Made by a program: the position numbers and the translations under genes. Positions 40,219 to 50,558 of a stretch of 64,000 bases of DNA are shown piece by piece; position 1 is the stretch's first letter; every line of letters begins with the position of its first letter. The DNA is from an uncultured Gemmatimonadales bacterium (lineage in GTDB: Bacteria > Gemmatimonadota > Gemmatimonadetes > Gemmatimonadales > Gemmatimonadaceae). The notes beneath the pieces were generated by a model that saw nothing but the letters and a program-made list of their open reading frames with translations, did not search any database and was not told where the DNA came from. The stretch is from positions 448,001 to 512,000 of the forward strand of contig CAWBZV010000002.1 in the NCBI GenBank assembly GCA_963793305.1. The letters run 5' to 3'.

Positions 40219-40228
40219 CTTGGGGGTC

Positions 40229-40723
40229 ATGGCGGAAGACACGCCGGACCTCAGAAACTTGCCCAAGCGCGAGGCGTACCAAACCCTCGCCACGCACATC
40301 GATTCCGTCCTCGACGGTATCACCGACCCGATCGCCGCCATGGCGACGATCTCCGCTCTGGTGCACCACGGATTCGGCCACCTGTGGACCGGATTCTATC
40401 GCGTCGTCAACGACGGCAAACAGCTCCGCGTAGGACCGTATCAGGGCACACTCGGCTGCCTCGAGATCCACGTCGGCAAGGGCGTATGCGGAACGGCGGC
40501 GGCGAGCAAAGCGACGGTGATCGTCGAGGACGTCCACGCGTTCCCCGGGCACATCACCTGCGACGCCCGGTCGCGGTCCGAGATCGTGGTGCCCGTGTTC
40601 GATACGACCGGCGCGCTGATCGCCGTGTTCGATATCGACAGCGACCGCCCGGCGGCGTTCGATCGCGAAGATCAGATCGGACTCGAGGGCGCCCTCGGCT
40701 GGTTCGCCACTTCGTGCGATTGA
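40229..40723 (+). CDS. msrC: GAF protein, free methionine-R-sulfoxide reductase-like
   Basis: WTGFY, VGPYQG..GC, GKGVCG, FPGHITCD, SEIVVP, DIDS. Confidence 0.82.
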   Translation: MAEDTPDLRNLPKREAYQTLATHIDSVLDGITDPIAAMATISALVHHGFGHLWTGFYRVVNDGKQLRVGPYQGTLGCLEIHVGKGVCGTAAASKATVIVEDVHAFPGHITCDARSRSEIVVPVFDTTGALIAVFDIDSDRPAAFDREDQIGLEGALGWFATSCD

Positions 40724-41476
40724 TGCTCGTGCTCGCCGCGCTCGCCCCACTCGGCGTCGCGGCCCAAGACAACTATGAGATACAGGTCTACGGCTCGCAG
40801 ACCATCGGGCGCGACACGACGATGTTCGAGCTCCACAGCAATTTCACCGCCGATGGGCGGAGAACGGTGCAAGAGGGGTTGTGGCCGACCGAGGACGTTC
40901 GAGCACGAGACCCTCGAGATCACGCACGGCTGGACGCCATGGTTCGAGACCGGGTTCTATCTCTTCACGTATGTCAGCGGCCACGAAGGATGGCAGTGGG
41001 TCGGCGATCACATCCGACCGCGCATCCGCGTGCCTGACTCGTGGGGATGGCCGATCGGCCTGAGTCTCTCGACCGAGATCGGGTATCAGCGGCCGAGGGT
41101 CTCGCAGGATACCTGGACCTGGGAGATCCGTCCGATCATCGACCAGACGATCGGTCGGTGGTACTGGTCGGTCAATCCGGCGCTCGAACGGTCGTGGAAA
41201 GGCGCGACGGTGAACCAGGGTCTCGTGTTCGCGCCGAACGTGACGGTGGGATACGACGTAACCCACTTTGTCAATCTGGCGGCCGAGTACTACGGGTCGT
41301 ACGGACCGATCACCAACTTCTCCCCGTACGACCAACAGCAGCATCAATTGTTCGGCTGCATCAATCTCGATTTCGGCCCGATGTGGGAATTCAACTTCGG
41401 CGTCGGCAACGGATGGACGCCCGCAACCGACCACGTGATCATCGAGATGATCCTTGGCCGCCGAATGGGATTCTAG
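40723..41476 (+). CDS. Putative outer-membrane beta-barrel protein, +1 frameshift at ~40898
   Basis: Signal peptide plus QDNYEIQVY; then HETLEITHG...EYYG...C-terminal F in the next frame. Confidence 0.75.
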
Positions 41477-41970
41477 CGGGAATACCGTCGGCTGAGGTTG
41501 AAGCCGGTCGTCGCGCCGACACTCGGGAGGAGAATGATTCCCGCGAAGCTCACGGCGCACACGAAATGACACGGGCGCGACGTGTCCGTGTGATTGAGCC
41601 GGATGAGCGCAAAACTGCCCAGTCCCCCGACAGCAGTGCCGGCGAGCGCGGCGAGATAGGAGCCGGTCGCGTGTCGCCCGGCCTGTCCGATCAGCGTCGG
41701 CGGGACCGCGGTGGCAAACGCCGCGATGGTGTACCCGCCGACCAAACCGGCCGTGCTCGCGGCATCATCGCTCGCGCCGAAGCGACGCGCGACCCAACGC
41801 GTCGCGATGCCGCCGCCAATGAATCCTATCGGCAACGCCGCGGCGCCGGCCGCAACTTCGGCCGCGAACCGTCCGCCGGTGACTGCTGGTTGGCCACGGC
41901 GTTGCGCGGCCGCGGGTGTGCTGAGACACACCAGGAGCAGCGCTAGGCTTGCTCCGGCGTCCAGCCGCAT
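41473..41970 (-). CDS. Hypothetical secreted/membrane Gly-rich protein
   Basis: Signal peptide ending AAAQ; hydrophobic segments. Confidence 0.6.
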   Translation of the reverse strand: MRLDAGASLALLLVCLSTPAAAQRRGQPAVTGGRFAAEVAAGAAALPIGFIGGGIATRWVARRFGASDDAASTAGLVGGYTIAAFATAVPPTLIGQAGRHATGSYLAALAGTAVGGLGSFALIRLNHTDTSRPCHFVCAVSFAGIILLPSVGATTGFNLSRRYSR

Positions 41971-42320
41971 TTCCGACACGGCCCGAACCCACCATGGACG
42001 ATGTCGGCGTGAATCAACGTGCCGCACTTGGGGCAGTGGTGCTCGACCTCGTGACCAGCTGCCACGGACGGTGTCTCGCTGATCATCGCGATGACCCGAG
42101 CTTGCTGCTCGGGTGTCATCGACGCACTGAGCGCTGCGACGGATCCCAGCGTGGTCGGTTTGGGACGGGGCTGCGTGAGCGCCGCGCCCCATGAGGCCCA
42201 TGAGCCCGGATCGCCGTTCTCCTGCACCTCGCGCGAGGCTCTGATCAGCCACGGGATGAGGCGCCAGGCGATAGTCAAGAAAATCCCCGCCTCGCCACCA
42301 TAGCGATAGCCCGGATCCAT
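41943..42320 (-). CDS. Hypothetical protein with C-terminal zinc ribbon
   Basis: CPKCG...CRKCG. Confidence 0.6.
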   Translation of the reverse strand: MDPGYRYGGEAGIFLTIAWRLIPWLIRASREVQENGDPGSWASWGAALTQPRPKPTTLGSVAALSASMTPEQQARVIAMISETPSVAAGHEVEHHCPKCGTLIHADIVHGGFGPCRKCGWTPEQA

Positions 42321-42333
42321 ACTCCATGGACGA

Positions 42334-42924
42334 TCAGCCGAACAGCTTCGCCACGAAGAGCGCGGCTCCCACGGCGCCGATCGCCAATGAGGTCCCCAGA
42401 ACGCCCCTGGACCTCGTGAGCGCTGACACCGCACCGAGCGCAATCGCGACCTGTAGCAACGTCACCGAGAACGCAAAACCTTTGTGTTGCGTCATGAGAC
42501 GCTCGGCTTCGTCGATCTTCTCGTCGCGCTGGTGCTCGAGCACTTTGGCGCTGTCGCTGATGGCCTTCTGCTCATTCGCGTAGCGTTGCACCGTGGCATT
42601 GATGTCCGGCGGAGGCGTCTTTCCCACCGCGTGCCACGTCGCTTCGGATCCGGCGGCGATAGCGCCCTTGATCCCCTTGGCCTGGTAGTATGCCCACTCA
42701 TCCGAGGCCTGGGCTTGAAGGCCCGTCGCTTCGGTCTTCAAAAGAATCGCGTCGTTGACCGTCGCCCCGGCCTTGAGCGACGCGATCGCGGCCAGCGCCG
42801 CGAGCACCGCGGTCGAGAGCGCAGTGAAGCGAAGCATCCGGCCCTCGCCACCCTTCTTGGCCTCGATCTCCTCGTCGATCTTCTCGCGCAGCTTGTCGGT
42901 GTCGACTTCGATTTCTTCAGGCAT
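42334..42924 (-). CDS. DUF4337 domain membrane protein
   Basis: ALSTAVLAALAAI...QASDEWAYYQAK.IK...LLQVAIAL. Confidence 0.85.
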   Translation of the reverse strand: MPEEIEVDTDKLREKIDEEIEAKKGGEGRMLRFTALSTAVLAALAAIASLKAGATVNDAILLKTEATGLQAQASDEWAYYQAKGIKGAIAAGSEATWHAVGKTPPPDINATVQRYANEQKAISDSAKVLEHQRDEKIDEAERLMTQHKGFAFSVTLLQVAIALGAVSALTRSRGVLGTSLAIGAVGAALFVAKLFG

Positions 42925-43933
42925 CCGGGGAAGCTAGCATCGACAGGAACTCGAGCCCATTGGTCGTCCCGTAGTTTCCGTAGCAATTATTGAACACGAC
43001 GTGGACGCCCTGGAAGTGCGGCTCCTTCACCTGGGCCGCGGCCTCCTGTACTCGCGGCACCCATTCCTCCAGCTGGCTCCGGTCATAGAGATATCGATAT
43101 CGCTCGGCGACGGACACGCCGCGTTTCTCCCAGGTATCCGTCCGGCGTCCATGCATGCGCACGAGCGCCACAAAGGGCAATGTGACCGCCACATCTGGCG
43201 GCATACTGGATCGCATGCCCGGCGGCGCGTCGACCATCACGTACGCGAGCCAGTTTTTCTGGAGCAGTGCCAATGTGCGCTCGCGCAGCCGATCCGACAT
43301 CCACGCCCGATTTCTGAACTCGATGGCGAGCGGCAGATCGCCGAGTCCCTCCTTGGTCGCCGCAACCACCGCGGCGTTCTCCCGGGTCGGGCCGAACCAG
43401 GGCGGAAACTGGAACACGATCGCGCCGAGACGCCCCGCCGTCGCGAGAGGAGCCAGACCGTTGGCGAACCGTCGCCTGACTTCAGCCATCACCTCGCTCG
43501 GCAGATCGTGCGCATAGACTCGCGGCTTGTCGGCGAGTGCGGAGGGTAGCGCGTGATACAGATCGGCCGGTAGACGGCGCGGCTCGGATGGGTGCCCGGT
43601 CAGCAGCGCGTGCGCTTTCATACAGAACCGGAACGACTCGGGCGTCCGGTCGACCCAGTGCTGGACGACCACCGGCGGCTGCAGCGCATAAAACGTCGAG
43701 TCGACTTCGACCATCGCGAACCGACTCGCGTAGTACTTGAGCCGACCCTCAGCGGACGTCGCGCCGGGTGGATAGAATACACCGGGCGCAGTGAGCGTAC
43801 GATCGGTCCATCCCGCCGTGCCGACGTAGACCTTGCCGCCGGCCGGCAGGGAAACGGGCCCAGTCGTTACAGCGCCGAGCCGTTCCGCGCGGGCACGCGC
43901 CGCGTCACGGTCCGGGTCGTGCTCAGTGCTCAT
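42917..43933 (-). CDS. DUF72 domain protein
   Basis: VGTAGW, VEVDSTFY, QFPPWF, EFRN, RMHGR, FNN. Confidence 0.9.
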   Translation of the reverse strand: MSTEHDPDRDAARARAERLGAVTTGPVSLPAGGKVYVGTAGWTDRTLTAPGVFYPPGATSAEGRLKYYASRFAMVEVDSTFYALQPPVVVQHWVDRTPESFRFCMKAHALLTGHPSEPRRLPADLYHALPSALADKPRVYAHDLPSEVMAEVRRRFANGLAPLATAGRLGAIVFQFPPWFGPTRENAAVVAATKEGLGDLPLAIEFRNRAWMSDRLRERTLALLQKNWLAYVMVDAPPGMRSSMPPDVAVTLPFVALVRMHGRRTDTWEKRGVSVAERYRYLYDRSQLEEWVPRVQEAAAQVKEPHFQGVHVVFNNCYGNYGTTNGLEFLSMLASPDA

Positions 43934-43980
43934 GCGTTGGAACTCTATTTCGGGGTCTGTTCGGACGCCAGGGAGGAACG

Positions 43981-44160
43981 ATGGAAAGGGAAGACGAGGA
44001 GCAAGAGGAACAGGAGGAGCAGCAGGCGTTGGAGCGCGACGACCGTGAGGGGCTGATCGGCGACACGGACGAGAATCGGAATCTGAGCGGGTCGACGACT
44101 TGGGAAACCCTGCCCGATCAAGGCCCAGCCGACGACGACGAGGAAGACGCCGCAAGCTGA
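43981..44160 (+). CDS. 59-aa highly acidic small protein (below the ORF-track cutoff)
   Basis: RBS GGAGG; MEREDEEQEEQEEQQALERDDREGLIGDTDENRNLSGSTTWETLPDQGPADDDEEDAAS*. Confidence 0.65.
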   Translation: MEREDEEQEEQEEQQALERDDREGLIGDTDENRNLSGSTTWETLPDQGPADDDEEDAAS

Positions 44161-44170
44161 AGATTGAACT

Positions 44171-44220
44171 CACCGGCCAGTCGCGGATAGTATGGTGATG
44201 ACCGACTGGCCGGTGTTGTT
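44171..44220 (+). terminator. 13-bp perfect hairpin between the small ORF and the MCP gene
   Basis: CACCGGCCAGTCG / CGACTGGCCGGTG followed by TTGTTT. Confidence 0.55.
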
Positions 44221-44223
44221 TAC

Positions 44224-45694
44224 ATGATGCACTGGTATTACAACCTTCGTTTACGCACGAAGTTGATCGCCGCCTTTGCGTTGGTGATCGGCGTGATGGC
44301 GGTCGACACCGTGCTCGTCGCCGGGGCCATAGGCGCGAGAGACTGGATACTCGCGAGAAACATGCTCTGGATCGGCGGGGGCCTGATCGTGCTCATCGCG
44401 GTCGGGAACTACTGGCTCATCGGCCAGAGCGTCGCCTGGCCCGTGCAAGAGCTCAAAAGCAAGATGGCCCTCGTGGCCCGCGGCGAGGTCGGCGTCGAGG
44501 TCTGGATCACGTCGCACGATGAGTTCGGTGAGCTCGCGCGCGGTCTCGAGCAGATCATCGCGTCGCAAAAGGCCATTGCCGGCGCCGCGAGCGCGCTCGC
44601 CGCGGGCGATGTCGCCTCACCGCTCCAGCCTCGCAGCGACAAGGACGTCACCGGAAACGCGGTCGCTCATTTGCAGGATACCGTGCGATCGCTCCTGGAA
44701 CGTCATGGCGCGGCTCATCGCATCGGCCAAGGCCGGTCGGCTCACCGAGCGCGGCTCGGCCGCCGAGTACGAGGGCGCCTGGCACGATCTCGTGCACGGC
44801 ATGAACGACACGCTCGACGCCATCGTGCGCCCACTGACCGAAGCCTCCACCGTGCTCCGCCGCGCGGCGTCGCGCGATGTCACGGCGCGCATGATCGAGA
44901 CGTATGCCGGCGATATGGCGGAGTTCAAGACGACCCTCAACACCGCCGTCGTCAACCTCGACGAAGCGCTGGCCCAGGTCTCCGGCGCCGCCGACCAGGT
45001 CGCTGCGGCGTCCGATCAGATTCGCATCGGGAGCGAATCACTCGCCGAAGGAGCAGGGGAGCAAGCGACGGCGATCGCGACCATCTTCGAAGAGTTGCAG
45101 GAGCTCGCCATCGTCACGCGAACGAACGCCGAGCACGCGAATGCCGCGCGCGGGCTCAACGAGGCGGTCGGCATGCGCGAATTGAGCGAGGCGATGCAGC
45201 GCATTGAGGCCTCATCGAGCGCCATCGCCTCGATCGTGCACGCGATGGACGACGTCGCGACCCAGACGAACGTGCTCGCGCTCAACGCCGCCATCGAGGC
45301 GGCGCGCGCGGGCGAATACGGAAAAGGATTTGCGGTCGTCGCGCAGGAAGTGCGCAGCCTGTCGACGCGAAGCGCCGAGGCGGCGCAGAGCACCGCGCGC
45401 CTCATCGAGGAGGCGCGGCGGCACGCCGAGGCCGGCGCGGCCATCGCATCACAGGTCACGGGCGTCATGGATGAGATGGCAAAGGCCAGTGATCGCCAGC
45501 TCGAGGGCGTCGAGCACATTCGCGTGGCCATGGAGCAGGTCAACCACGCGACGCAGAACGTCGCTGCCAGCTCCGAGGAATCCGCCGCCGCGGCCGAAGA
45601 GTTACAAAGCCAGGCCGAAGAAATGCGCGGCCTCGTCAACTCGTTCCATCTGAGTGGGCGTGATACCCGCGGCAATTTCGCAAAAGCAAGTTAA
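44224..45694 (+). CDS. Methyl-accepting chemotaxis protein (HAMP plus MA domain), +1 frameshift at ~44700
   Basis: Two TM helices, [38 protein letters not shown]. Confidence 0.9.
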
Positions 45695-45780
45695 GCGATC
45701 GTTGAGGTCGTTGGGTCTCGACATCTGACCCCACCTGCAGCCGACGAGTCGACGAAGTCGACGAGTTCGGCTGCTCTGTC

Positions 45781-45786
45781 TATAAT
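45781..45786 (+). promoter_or_regulatory. -10 box for a probable leaderless transcript
   Basis: TATAAT 6 nt before GTG 45793; no RBS. Confidence 0.5.
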
Positions 45787-45792
45787 TCAAGC

Positions 45793-46290
45793 GTGACCGA
45801 AGCCTGGTTGCGCGGACCGGTGTACGGCGTCGACCCCTTGGTCATGCCGGCAGTCCACGCATTGATGCAAGCGAGCGACGAGATCACGCGGGCCGCTCCG
45901 GGACTGACGCCGGCGCAGCTGTGGGCGACGCCGGGCGGAGCAGGGTCGGTCGGATTCCACCTCCGCCATATCACGGGCAGCATTGACCGCTTGTTGGCAT
46001 ACGCCCACGGCCAAGCGCTCAATCCCCAACAATTCGCGACGCTCCGGGAAGAAGCGATACCCGGCGATCCGCCGGCCGAAGCCGCCCCGCTCGTGGACGA
46101 GGCGAGAAGCGCGATCAAGCGGGCGATCGCCGAGATCAAGGCAACGCCGGTCGCGACACTGCCGGAGCCACGCACGGTCGGACGGGCCGCGTTGCCGACA
46201 ACGCTCTTCGGACTCCTGTTTCATATCGGCGAGCACACCGAGCGTCATGCCGGTCAGATCATCACGCTCTCCAAGGTCGTGCGGGGATGA
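45793..46290 (+). CDS. DinB family protein
   Basis: EAWLRG, SVGFHLRHI.GS.DRL, HIGEHTERHAGQ. Confidence 0.85.
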   Translation: MTEAWLRGPVYGVDPLVMPAVHALMQASDEITRAAPGLTPAQLWATPGGAGSVGFHLRHITGSIDRLLAYAHGQALNPQQFATLREEAIPGDPPAEAAPLVDEARSAIKRAIAEIKATPVATLPEPRTVGRAALPTTLFGLLFHIGEHTERHAGQIITLSKVVRG

Positions 46291-46946
46291 CCGAGCAAGA
46301 CCTCGGCTTCGTGCACCGCTGGGTGCCCGGCCACGGGTCGCCGTTGACCGCGCTCGTGCTCCACGGCACGGGTGGCGACGAAAGCGACCTCCTTCCACTG
46401 GGCGCCGCGGTCGCGCCCGGCGCGGCTCTCTTGAGCCCACGCGGCAAGGTGCGCGAGAACGGCGCGCCCCGCTTCTTCAAGCGCGTTGCGCTCGGCGTCT
46501 TCGACCAAGCGGACCTCGCCGCTCGAACCGACGAGCTCGTGACGTTCGTTCACCGCGCAGCAGCGGCCTATGGGTTCGATCCCACGAAGATCGTCGCCGT
46601 CGGCTACTCCAACGGCGCGAACATCGCCTCGAGCGCGTTGCTCCGGCACCCGGGCGTGTTCGCCCGCGCCGTGCTGTTCCGGCCGATGGTGCCGTTCGTG
46701 CCGGATCCATCGCCGACGCTCAACGGAATGCCCGTATACATCTCGGCCGGTCGCGTCGATCCGATCGTTCGGCGTGACAATACGGAGGAGCTCGTGCGCG
46801 TGCTCACTGGGGCCGGGGCCTCAGTGACCGTGCGCTGGGAAGAAGCCGGACATGCCCTGACCTCCGGCGAAGTGCAAGGCGCCTCCGACTGGCTGTCCGA
46901 TCTGGACCGCCCGCCCAAGCGGCCGCGGCGTTACACTACGCCGTGA
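46287..46946 (+). CDS. Alpha/beta hydrolase (MhqD-like carboxylesterase)
   Basis: LHGTGGDE, PRFF.R, GYSNGANIA, GH.L. Confidence 0.9.
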   Translation: MTEQDLGFVHRWVPGHGSPLTALVLHGTGGDESDLLPLGAAVAPGAALLSPRGKVRENGAPRFFKRVALGVFDQADLAARTDELVTFVHRAAAAYGFDPTKIVAVGYSNGANIASSALLRHPGVFARAVLFRPMVPFVPDPSPTLNGMPVYISAGRVDPIVRRDNTEELVRVLTGAGASVTVRWEEAGHALTSGEVQGASDWLSDLDRPPKRPRRYTTP

Positions 46947-47380
46947 TGCGACTCGCTATCCTGATCCTGCTGGTGGCACTTCGCGTCGAGGCGCAGAACG
47001 CCGACTCGATTCGCGCCGGCACCCGTGTCCGTGTGTGGGAGTCGCCATCTGTCGAGTTGATCGGCCGCGTCCAGTCCACCGACGCGAAAGCGATCACGCT
47101 CGATGTCCCTGATGGACCCATGGTCGTCGATTGGCAGCGCGTGAGCCACGTCGACGTGAGCGGCGGACCACGCAGCGGGCCACGCTGGCGGAGTGGCCTC
47201 ATCGGCGGCCTGGCGGGCGCCGTTGGCGGAGGATTGCTCGGCGTGATCATTGGCAATGCCACCAATCACAACGCCCCGAAATTCGGCGCCGCGGGCATCG
47301 TCGCCGGCGGCGTCCTCGGCGCGATCATCGGAACGACTCAGCCCGGCGAGCGCTGGACCCCCGCGACCGTCACGCGCTGA
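46943..47380 (+). CDS. Hypothetical secreted protein with glycine zipper
   Basis: Signal peptide; GTRVRV; Gly-rich hydrophobic C-terminus. Confidence 0.7.
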   Translation: MMRLAILILLVALRVEAQNADSIRAGTRVRVWESPSVELIGRVQSTDAKAITLDVPDGPMVVDWQRVSHVDVSGGPRSGPRWRSGLIGGLAGAVGGGLLGVIIGNATNHNAPKFGAAGIVAGGVLGAIIGTTQPGERWTPATVTR

Positions 47381-50300
47381 GCTGCGACTCGTCCTTCGGC
47401 TCCGCGTACGACAACCGGAAGAGCACGGGCAACAAGAGGAGCGTCAGCAGCGTCGACGTCATGAGACCACCGACGATGACCGATGCGAACGGTCGCGTGG
47501 TCTCGGCGCCGACGCCGTGCGAGAACGCGGCGGGCAGGAGACCGAGCGCGGCCATCGACGCGGTCATGACGACGGGGCGCAAACGATTCGTCGTGCCTTG
47601 CCTCACGACCCGGTCGATGGGCAAACCCTCTTTTCTGAGCCGAATAAATTCGGAGATCAAAATAATTCCGTTCTGCACGGCGATGCCGAACAACGCCACG
47701 AACCCGACGGCGGCCGAGACGCTCAAATTCAGGTGCCGGAAGAAGAGCATCAAGATGCCGCCGATGAGCGCGAACGGCAGGTTGATCATGATGAGCCCGG
47801 CGTACTTCACGGAGCCGAACGCGCCGAATAAGAGGATGAAGATGAGGACGAGGCTCGTCGGCACGATGACCTCGAGGCGCTTCGTGGCGCGCCGCTGGTT
47901 TTCGAACTGCCCACCCCAGGTCATGCGATAGCCGGGCGGCAGGTGAATCTGCGCGGCCACCTTTTCCTGCGCCTCGGCGACCCAGCTCCCTTGGTCGCGC
48001 CCACGCACTGAGCACTTGATCGCGATGCGCCGCTCGTTCAGCTCGCGCGAGATGCGCGAGGCACCCTCGCCGGAGATCTGCTGCGCCAGCTCGCCGAGTG
48101 GCACGACGCGCCCATCGGGCGTGTTGACCGCCAGTCCGGCCAGCCGGTCGGCGCTCGACCGCGCGTCGGACACGTAGCGAATGCTCACGTCGAACAGCCG
48201 CTCGCCTTCCTGGAACTGCGTGACCGCGTTGCCGCCGATCGCCGTGGTGATGGCGTCTTCGACATCGCTCACGTTGAGCCCGTAGCGCGAGAGCGCGTTG
48301 CGATCGATGACGAAGCGCATCTGCGGCTGGCCGAACTGATTCTCGACGCCGAGGTCGGCGACGCCGCGGACCGTGGCCATCACGCGCATGGTCGCGTCGG
48401 CCTGTTCCTGCAGCGCGGTGAGGTCGGATCCGAAGATCTTCACCACGAGCTCACCTTTCACGCCGGACAGCGCTTCTTCGACGTTGTCCTTGATGTACTG
48501 GGAGAAATTGAGCTCGATGCCCGGTAACGCGTCACCCAGCTTCTTCGACATATCGTCGATCATCAGGTCTTTGTTTTCGTTGAACGCGCCCCACGTCCCA
48601 TGGGGTTTGAGATTGGCGAGGATCTCGACGTTGTTGGGGCCCTTCGGGTCCGTTCCATCGTCCGGCCGGCCGACCTGCGTGACGATCTCGGTAACTTCCG
48701 GGTACGTGTGAAGAATCTGACGGACCTGGCGTTCGTAGACTTTGCTCTCATCGATGTTGATGCCAACGGGCATCGTCACCGTAAGCCAGATATTCCCTTC
48801 GTCGAGCTCGGGAATGAACTCGCTGCCGAGGGTCGCGCCGATGCCCAACGCGATGACCAGCGCCGTGACGGCGATCCCCACGACCCACTTCCCGTGGTCG
48901 AGCGCCCACTCGAGAGTCGGCGCGAAGATCTTATGCAGCCAGCGCGAGGCGCGCGTTTCCTGCGCTCCGGGCTTCGGATTGATAAGGAAGCTGGCGAGCA
49001 CGGGGATCAGCGTCATCGACAACACCAGCGATCCGAGCAGCGTGAACGTCAGGGTGTACGCCATTGGCGAGAAGATCCGCCGCTCGACGCGCTGGAACGT
49101 GAAGATGGGCAAGAACGCGGTAACGACGCAGCACACCGAGAACAGCATGGGATGTCCCATGGTCTCCGTGATCTCGGCGATCAACGACCGCTTCTCGACC
49201 GACGCCCAATGCTCCCAATCGTGCGTGTGCGTCTTCTGTGCGTCGATGCCCTCGCGGAACTCGAGCGGCGCCGAGTCGTGTCGTTGCTCCAGTTCCTCGG
49301 CGGTGAGCGGCGGGGTCAACGCCATGCGGACCAGGTACGCCTCGACCATCACGACCGCCGCATCGACAATGAGCCCGAAATCGACGGCGCCGAGCGAGAT
49401 CAGGTTCGCGTCGACGTGCCGCCAGGACATGAGGGTGAAGGCGATGAGCAGCGAGAACGGAATGACCGTGGCGACGACGAGCGCGCTTTTGAGATCGCCG
49501 ACGAAGATGAGCAGGATGACGATGACCAGGAATGCGCCCGTGGCCAGGTTCTCGCGGACGGTGCCGACGGTATGATTGATGAGGTCCGACCGCCGATAGA
49601 AGGGAATCAGCTTGACGCCCTTCGGCAGCCGGAAACTCTGGATCTCGGCGGTCTTCGCCTCGATGCGCTTGATGACGTTGAGCGCGTTCTCGCCTTTGCG
49701 CAGCAGCACGATGCCTTCCACGACGTCGTCGGCCGTGTCCTTGGCGACGATGCCTTCCCGCGGTGCGCCACCGATGTGGGCCGTGCCGAGGTCCGAGACG
49801 CGAACCGGGATGCCATTCCGGGTCGTCACCGTCACATTGGCGATGTCAGTGACCGAGGAGAAGACGCCGACGCCGCGCACGATCTGCCGCTCGTAGCCGT
49901 GCATCAGGTAGCCGCCGCCCGCGTTGGCGTTGGCGTTGGCGACCGCCTGCTCGACCATCGGCAGCGTGACCCCGTAGGCCTGCAGGCGCGCGGGATCGAC
50001 ATCCACCTGGTACTGTTTCTCCTGCCCGCCAAACGAGACGATGTCGGCGACGCCCGGCACGGACCGATACGCGGGATCGACGACCCAATCGTCGATCGCC
50101 TTCATTTCGGTCCGGGGCAGGGTCCCCTGCAGCGTGTAGCGATACACCTCGCTCAGCGAGTTCGTGAGCGGTTGCATGCTGGGGTTCACGCCCGCGGGCA
50201 TGGTGATGCCCTGCAGCCGTTCCAGCGTTTGCTGCCGCACGAAGTACTCGTCGGTGCCATCGGCGAACGTCATGATGAGATCGGACAGGCCGAACATCGA

Positions 50301-50555
50301 GGTCGACCGCGTATCCGTCAGACTCGGCATGCCGTTCAGCGCCCGCTCGAGCGGCAAGCTGACCAGCCGCTCCATCTCCTCGGCCGCGTGCCCGGGCCAG
50401 AGGGTAATGATCTCGACGTGCACATCCTCGACATCGGGGAACGCTTCGACGTCGAGTCCCAAGAACGCGTTGACGCCGAGGACCGCGATCAGCGCCGCGC
50501 CGCCGAGAATGAGCAACCGCTGGCGGAGCGCGAAGCGAATGATGCGACGCAGCAC
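47370..50555 (-). CDS. CusA/CzcA family heavy-metal efflux RND permease
   Basis: EAFPDV, NLISLGAVDFGLIVD, GSEFIPELDEG, RLRPVVMTA. Confidence 0.95.
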   Translation of the reverse strand: MLRRIIRFALRQRLLILGGAALIAVLGVNAFLGLDVEAFPDVEDVHVEIITLWPGHAAEEMERLVSLPLERALNGMPSLTDTRSTSMFGLSDLIMTFADGTDEYFVRQQTLERLQGITMPAGVNPSMQPLTNSLSEVYRYTLQGTLPRTEMKAIDDWVVDPAYRSVPGVADIVSFGGQEKQYQVDVDPARLQAYGVTLPMVEQAVANANANAGGGYLMHGYERQIVRGVGVFSSVTDIANVTVTTRNGIPVRVSDLGTAHIGGAPREGIVAKDTADDVVEGIVLLRKGENALNVIKRIEAKTAEIQSFRLPKGVKLIPFYRRSDLINHTVGTVRENLATGAFLVIVILLIFVGDLKSALVVATVIPFSLLIAFTLMSWRHVDANLISLGAVDFGLIVDAAVVMVEAYLVRMALTPPLTAEELEQRHDSAPLEFREGIDAQKTHTHDWEHWASVEKRSLIAEITETMGHPMLFSVCCVVTAFLPIFTFQRVERRIFSPMAYTLTFTLLGSLVLSMTLIPVLASFLINPKPGAQETRASRWLHKIFAPTLEWALDHGKWVVGIAVTALVIALGIGATLGSEFIPELDEGNIWLTVTMPVGINIDESKVYERQVRQILHTYPEVTEIVTQVGRPDDGTDPKGPNNVEILANLKPHGTWGAFNENKDLMIDDMSKKLGDALPGIELNFSQYIKDNVEEALSGVKGELVVKIFGSDLTALQEQADATMRVMATVRGVADLGVENQFGQPQMRFVIDRNALSRYGLNVSDVEDAITTAIGGNAVTQFQEGERLFDVSIRYVSDARSSADRLAGLAVNTPDGRVVPLGELAQQISGEGASRISRELNERRIAIKCSVRGRDQGSWVAEAQEKVAAQIHLPPGYRMTWGGQFENQRRATKRLEVIVPTSLVLIFILLFGAFGSVKYAGLIMINLPFALIGGILMLFFRHLNLSVSAAVGFVALFGIAVQNGIILISEFIRLRKEGLPIDRVVRQGTTNRLRPVVMTASMAALGLLPAAFSHGVGAETTRPFASVIVGGLMTSTLLTLLLLPVLFRLSYAEPKDESQLSA

Positions 50556-50558
50556 GAG

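Noticed and set aside
45742..45770. Short repeat CGACGA(A)GT x3
   Set aside because: Too short and irregular in GC-rich DNA to support a function.
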